Source: Candidatus Velthaea sp. (lineage in GTDB: Bacteria; Vulcanimicrobiota; Vulcanimicrobiia; Vulcanimicrobiales; Vulcanimicrobiaceae). From it: DNA of 16,463 nt. The notes under the pieces were generated by a model that worked only from the letters and a program-made list of their open reading frames with translations, was not told the origin of the DNA and searched no databases. The position numbers were made by a program, and so were the translations under genes. The stretch spans positions 1 to 16,463 of the forward strand of contig JBEKHC010000106.1 in NCBI GenBank assembly GCA_050012475.1, written 5' to 3'. Numbering within the stretch: the first letter of the stretch is position 1; the number at the start of each line of letters is the position of its first letter. This document shows, in pieces, positions 15,051-16,463 of the stretch.

Positions 15051-15554
15051 TTAGAGAAGCTCGGCGGTCAAACCACTACCGCCTTCCAGCGTCAGCTGCT
15101 GTGCAGTGCCCGGAGTCAGCCAGGTAAACCACGTGTCGTCACTGACGATCCCGTCAGCCGTTGAGCCTGCCCAGCTCTGCAGACCCCGGACCGCCGTCTG
15201 CGTTTCCGTGCCGAAGATTCCGTCGATTGAGCCTGCGTACGGGGTGAATGAAACGGCGATCACCTTTCCTGCCAGGACTCGCTGCAGAAAAGCAACGACC
15301 GGGCCGGTATGCCCGAGCTGCAACGTCGGCGAGGCTTCCCGATATGCGGGCAGGGCCGCCCACGTCGCGGGCCCGACGATTCCGTCGACGGTTAAACCCT
15401 GCGCGCTCTGACAGTTCTTGACCGAGATTTCGAGTTGCTCGTCGAAGACTCCGGTGATAGGTCCGAAGGGATTCCACAACAGATGGCGCGCAAACACGCG
15501 TTGTAGGCGCTTGACGTCGTCACCGGTCGAACCGAGGCTGATCGTAGCTGGCAT
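15051..15554 (-). CDS. Protein with two peptidoglycan-binding (PG_binding_1-type) domains
   Basis: ATG 15554 with GAGGT upstream, giving 167 aa. Two repeats: LGSTGDDVKRLQ...GVFD...GLTVDGIVGPATWAAL and LGHTGPVVAFLQ...DGIFGTETQTAVRGLQ...ADGIVSDDTW. Confidence 0.88.
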   Translation of the reverse strand: MPATISLGSTGDDVKRLQRVFARHLLWNPFGPITGVFDEQLEISVKNCQSAQGLTVDGIVGPATWAALPAYREASPTLQLGHTGPVVAFLQRVLAGKVIAVSFTPYAGSIDGIFGTETQTAVRGLQSWAGSTADGIVSDDTWFTWLTPGTAQQLTLEGGSGLTAELL

Positions 15555-15641
15555 GGTCGATACCTCGCGAGTTCGGAGGACTCCAACCGTTCGACGTTTT
15601 GCAATTCTTCCACCTAGCCGCATCGAACGTCGAGGAGAAGC

Positions 15642-15849
15642 ATGGCATCGCAGAACGTTGACGCCGTCATCATCCGCCTCGGTCGCATTCGTTTACTGGC
15701 TGCAAACCCAGCTGCTGTACGAAGCGACGTCGTTGCGCAAGGAGCACGCCGGCTTTGCCGCACTTCCGAGGGATATGCAAGGCGATTTGCCAACATGCGC
15801 GGATCTCCTGAACCGCAAGACGCCGGGCGGCAACTGGGAGCGCAAATAA
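15642..15849 (+). pseudogene. Possible small gene interrupted by a +1 frameshift (function unknown)
   Basis: GAGGAG (15632-15637) precedes ATG 15642. Removing one C at about 15675 gives MASQNVDAVIIASVAFVYWLQTQLLYEA...NWERK, ending at TAA 15849. The unshifted 15642..15935 ORF is the alternative reading. Confidence 0.3.
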
Positions 15850-15867
15850 CGTGGCCCCTTTCCGTTG

Positions 15868-16463
15868 ATGGACAGCAGCCGGATCACGGAACCCCTCGGC
15901 AGTCTGGCAGCACAGCGGCCGGCGGCTCGCTTTAGCATCGTCGTGCGCTCGGTCGTCGTGCCCGGCCGCGATCCGTCATCCGCTTACGACGCAGTGCCGA
16001 GCGTGCTTGGCCAAGTCAAGTCGGCAATCGATGCCCTGCCGCCGGGGGAGGGCGAAGGGACGACCTGGACGGGCGCCGATACGGGCTCGCCCTTCCTGTA
16101 CGCGACGTTGACCGGCGCGCATGTTCTCGCACTCGATCGAAAACTCGATCCGAAGCTGCCGGTTGAATTTCTCCGCGACTGCACGGGCACCGATCGGTCG
16201 TCGACGTTCAATCCGGAGGATCTCGTTGGCCGCGTTATCGCCGAACCTCTCGCATCGGAAATCAAGGCGTCTCCCGACGACGTCTACCGTTGCATCGTTG
16301 TGATCGACGCGACGAACCCAAAGGGAATGCAAGCCGCACGCGCAGCCGTCATCGACTGCTTCACGCTTTTGAGCCGGCGGTCCGGGAGCCCGATCGTCTT
16401 CCGCTCGAACGACGTCGCCTCGCACCCGTACGTTTTCGCGACGATGACGGGCGCGCAGGTTCG
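15868..16463 (+). CDS. Unlisted ORF running off the window end; internally duplicated N-terminal domain, possibly the pro-region of an S8 serine peptidase
   Basis: Open from ATG 15868 (or TTG 15865) to the window end, at least 198 codons: MDSSRITEPL...FSIVV...SPFLYATLTGAHVLAL...YRCIVVID...HPYVFATMTGAQV. No catalytic motif lies inside the window. Confidence 0.7.
   Translation, partial: MDSSRITEPLGSLAAQRPAARFSIVVRSVVVPGRDPSSAYDAVPSVLGQVKSAIDALPPGEGEGTTWTGADTGSPFLYATLTGAHVLALDRKLDPKLPVEFLRDCTGTDRSSTFNPEDLVGRVIAEPLASEIKASPDDVYRCIVVIDATNPKGMQAARAAVIDCFTLLSRRSGSPIVFRSNDVASHPYVFATMTGAQV
16101..16461 (+). repeat. Intragenic direct repeat with 336-nt period
   Basis: CGCGACGTTGACCGGCGCGCATGTT (16101-16125) versus CGCGACGATGACGGGCGCGCAGGTT (16437-16461): 22 of 25 positions identical and in the same frame. 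Confidence 0.75.

Noticed and set aside
15976..16425. Minus-strand ORFs 15976..16425 and 15984..16265
   Set aside because: They are antisense to the better-supported plus-strand ORF from 15868, which has protein-like composition and an in-frame internal repeat.
1..16463. CRISPR array, tRNA/rRNA, IS element or integrase
   Set aside because: I saw no regularly spaced repeats, cloverleaf motifs, terminal inverted repeats or recombinase motifs, and the intergenic gaps are short. This was a visual inspection only.

Overview
A high-GC bacterial chromosome window. The gene set and protein style suggest Vulcanimicrobiota/Eremiobacterota or a similar Terrabacteria lineage, but this is an impression only. 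Positions 1-14324 hold tightly packed housekeeping genes: dapD (3' end), a class I/II aminotransferase, the reverse-strand run radA - secreted hypothetical - formiminotransferase - crcB, and the forward run cmk - plsC - polyprenyl synthase - 1088-aa double GT-C glycosyltransferase - yebC - kinase-less PASTA protein - rpe - thiL. After thiL the sequence is visibly less GC-rich and accessory-like. It carries a decayed RHH antitoxin/MazF(PemK) pair, a tandem peptidoglycan-binding protein, a probable frameshifted small gene, and an unlisted ORF with an internal 112-aa duplication that runs off the end. The most notable observations are a decayed ispH 5' relic between plsC and the prenyl synthase, thiL lacking any canonical start codon, and the two-enzyme membrane glycosyltransferase fusion. 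I see no tRNA, rRNA, CRISPR array, integrase or transposase, and I cannot show a complete novel system from the sequence alone.
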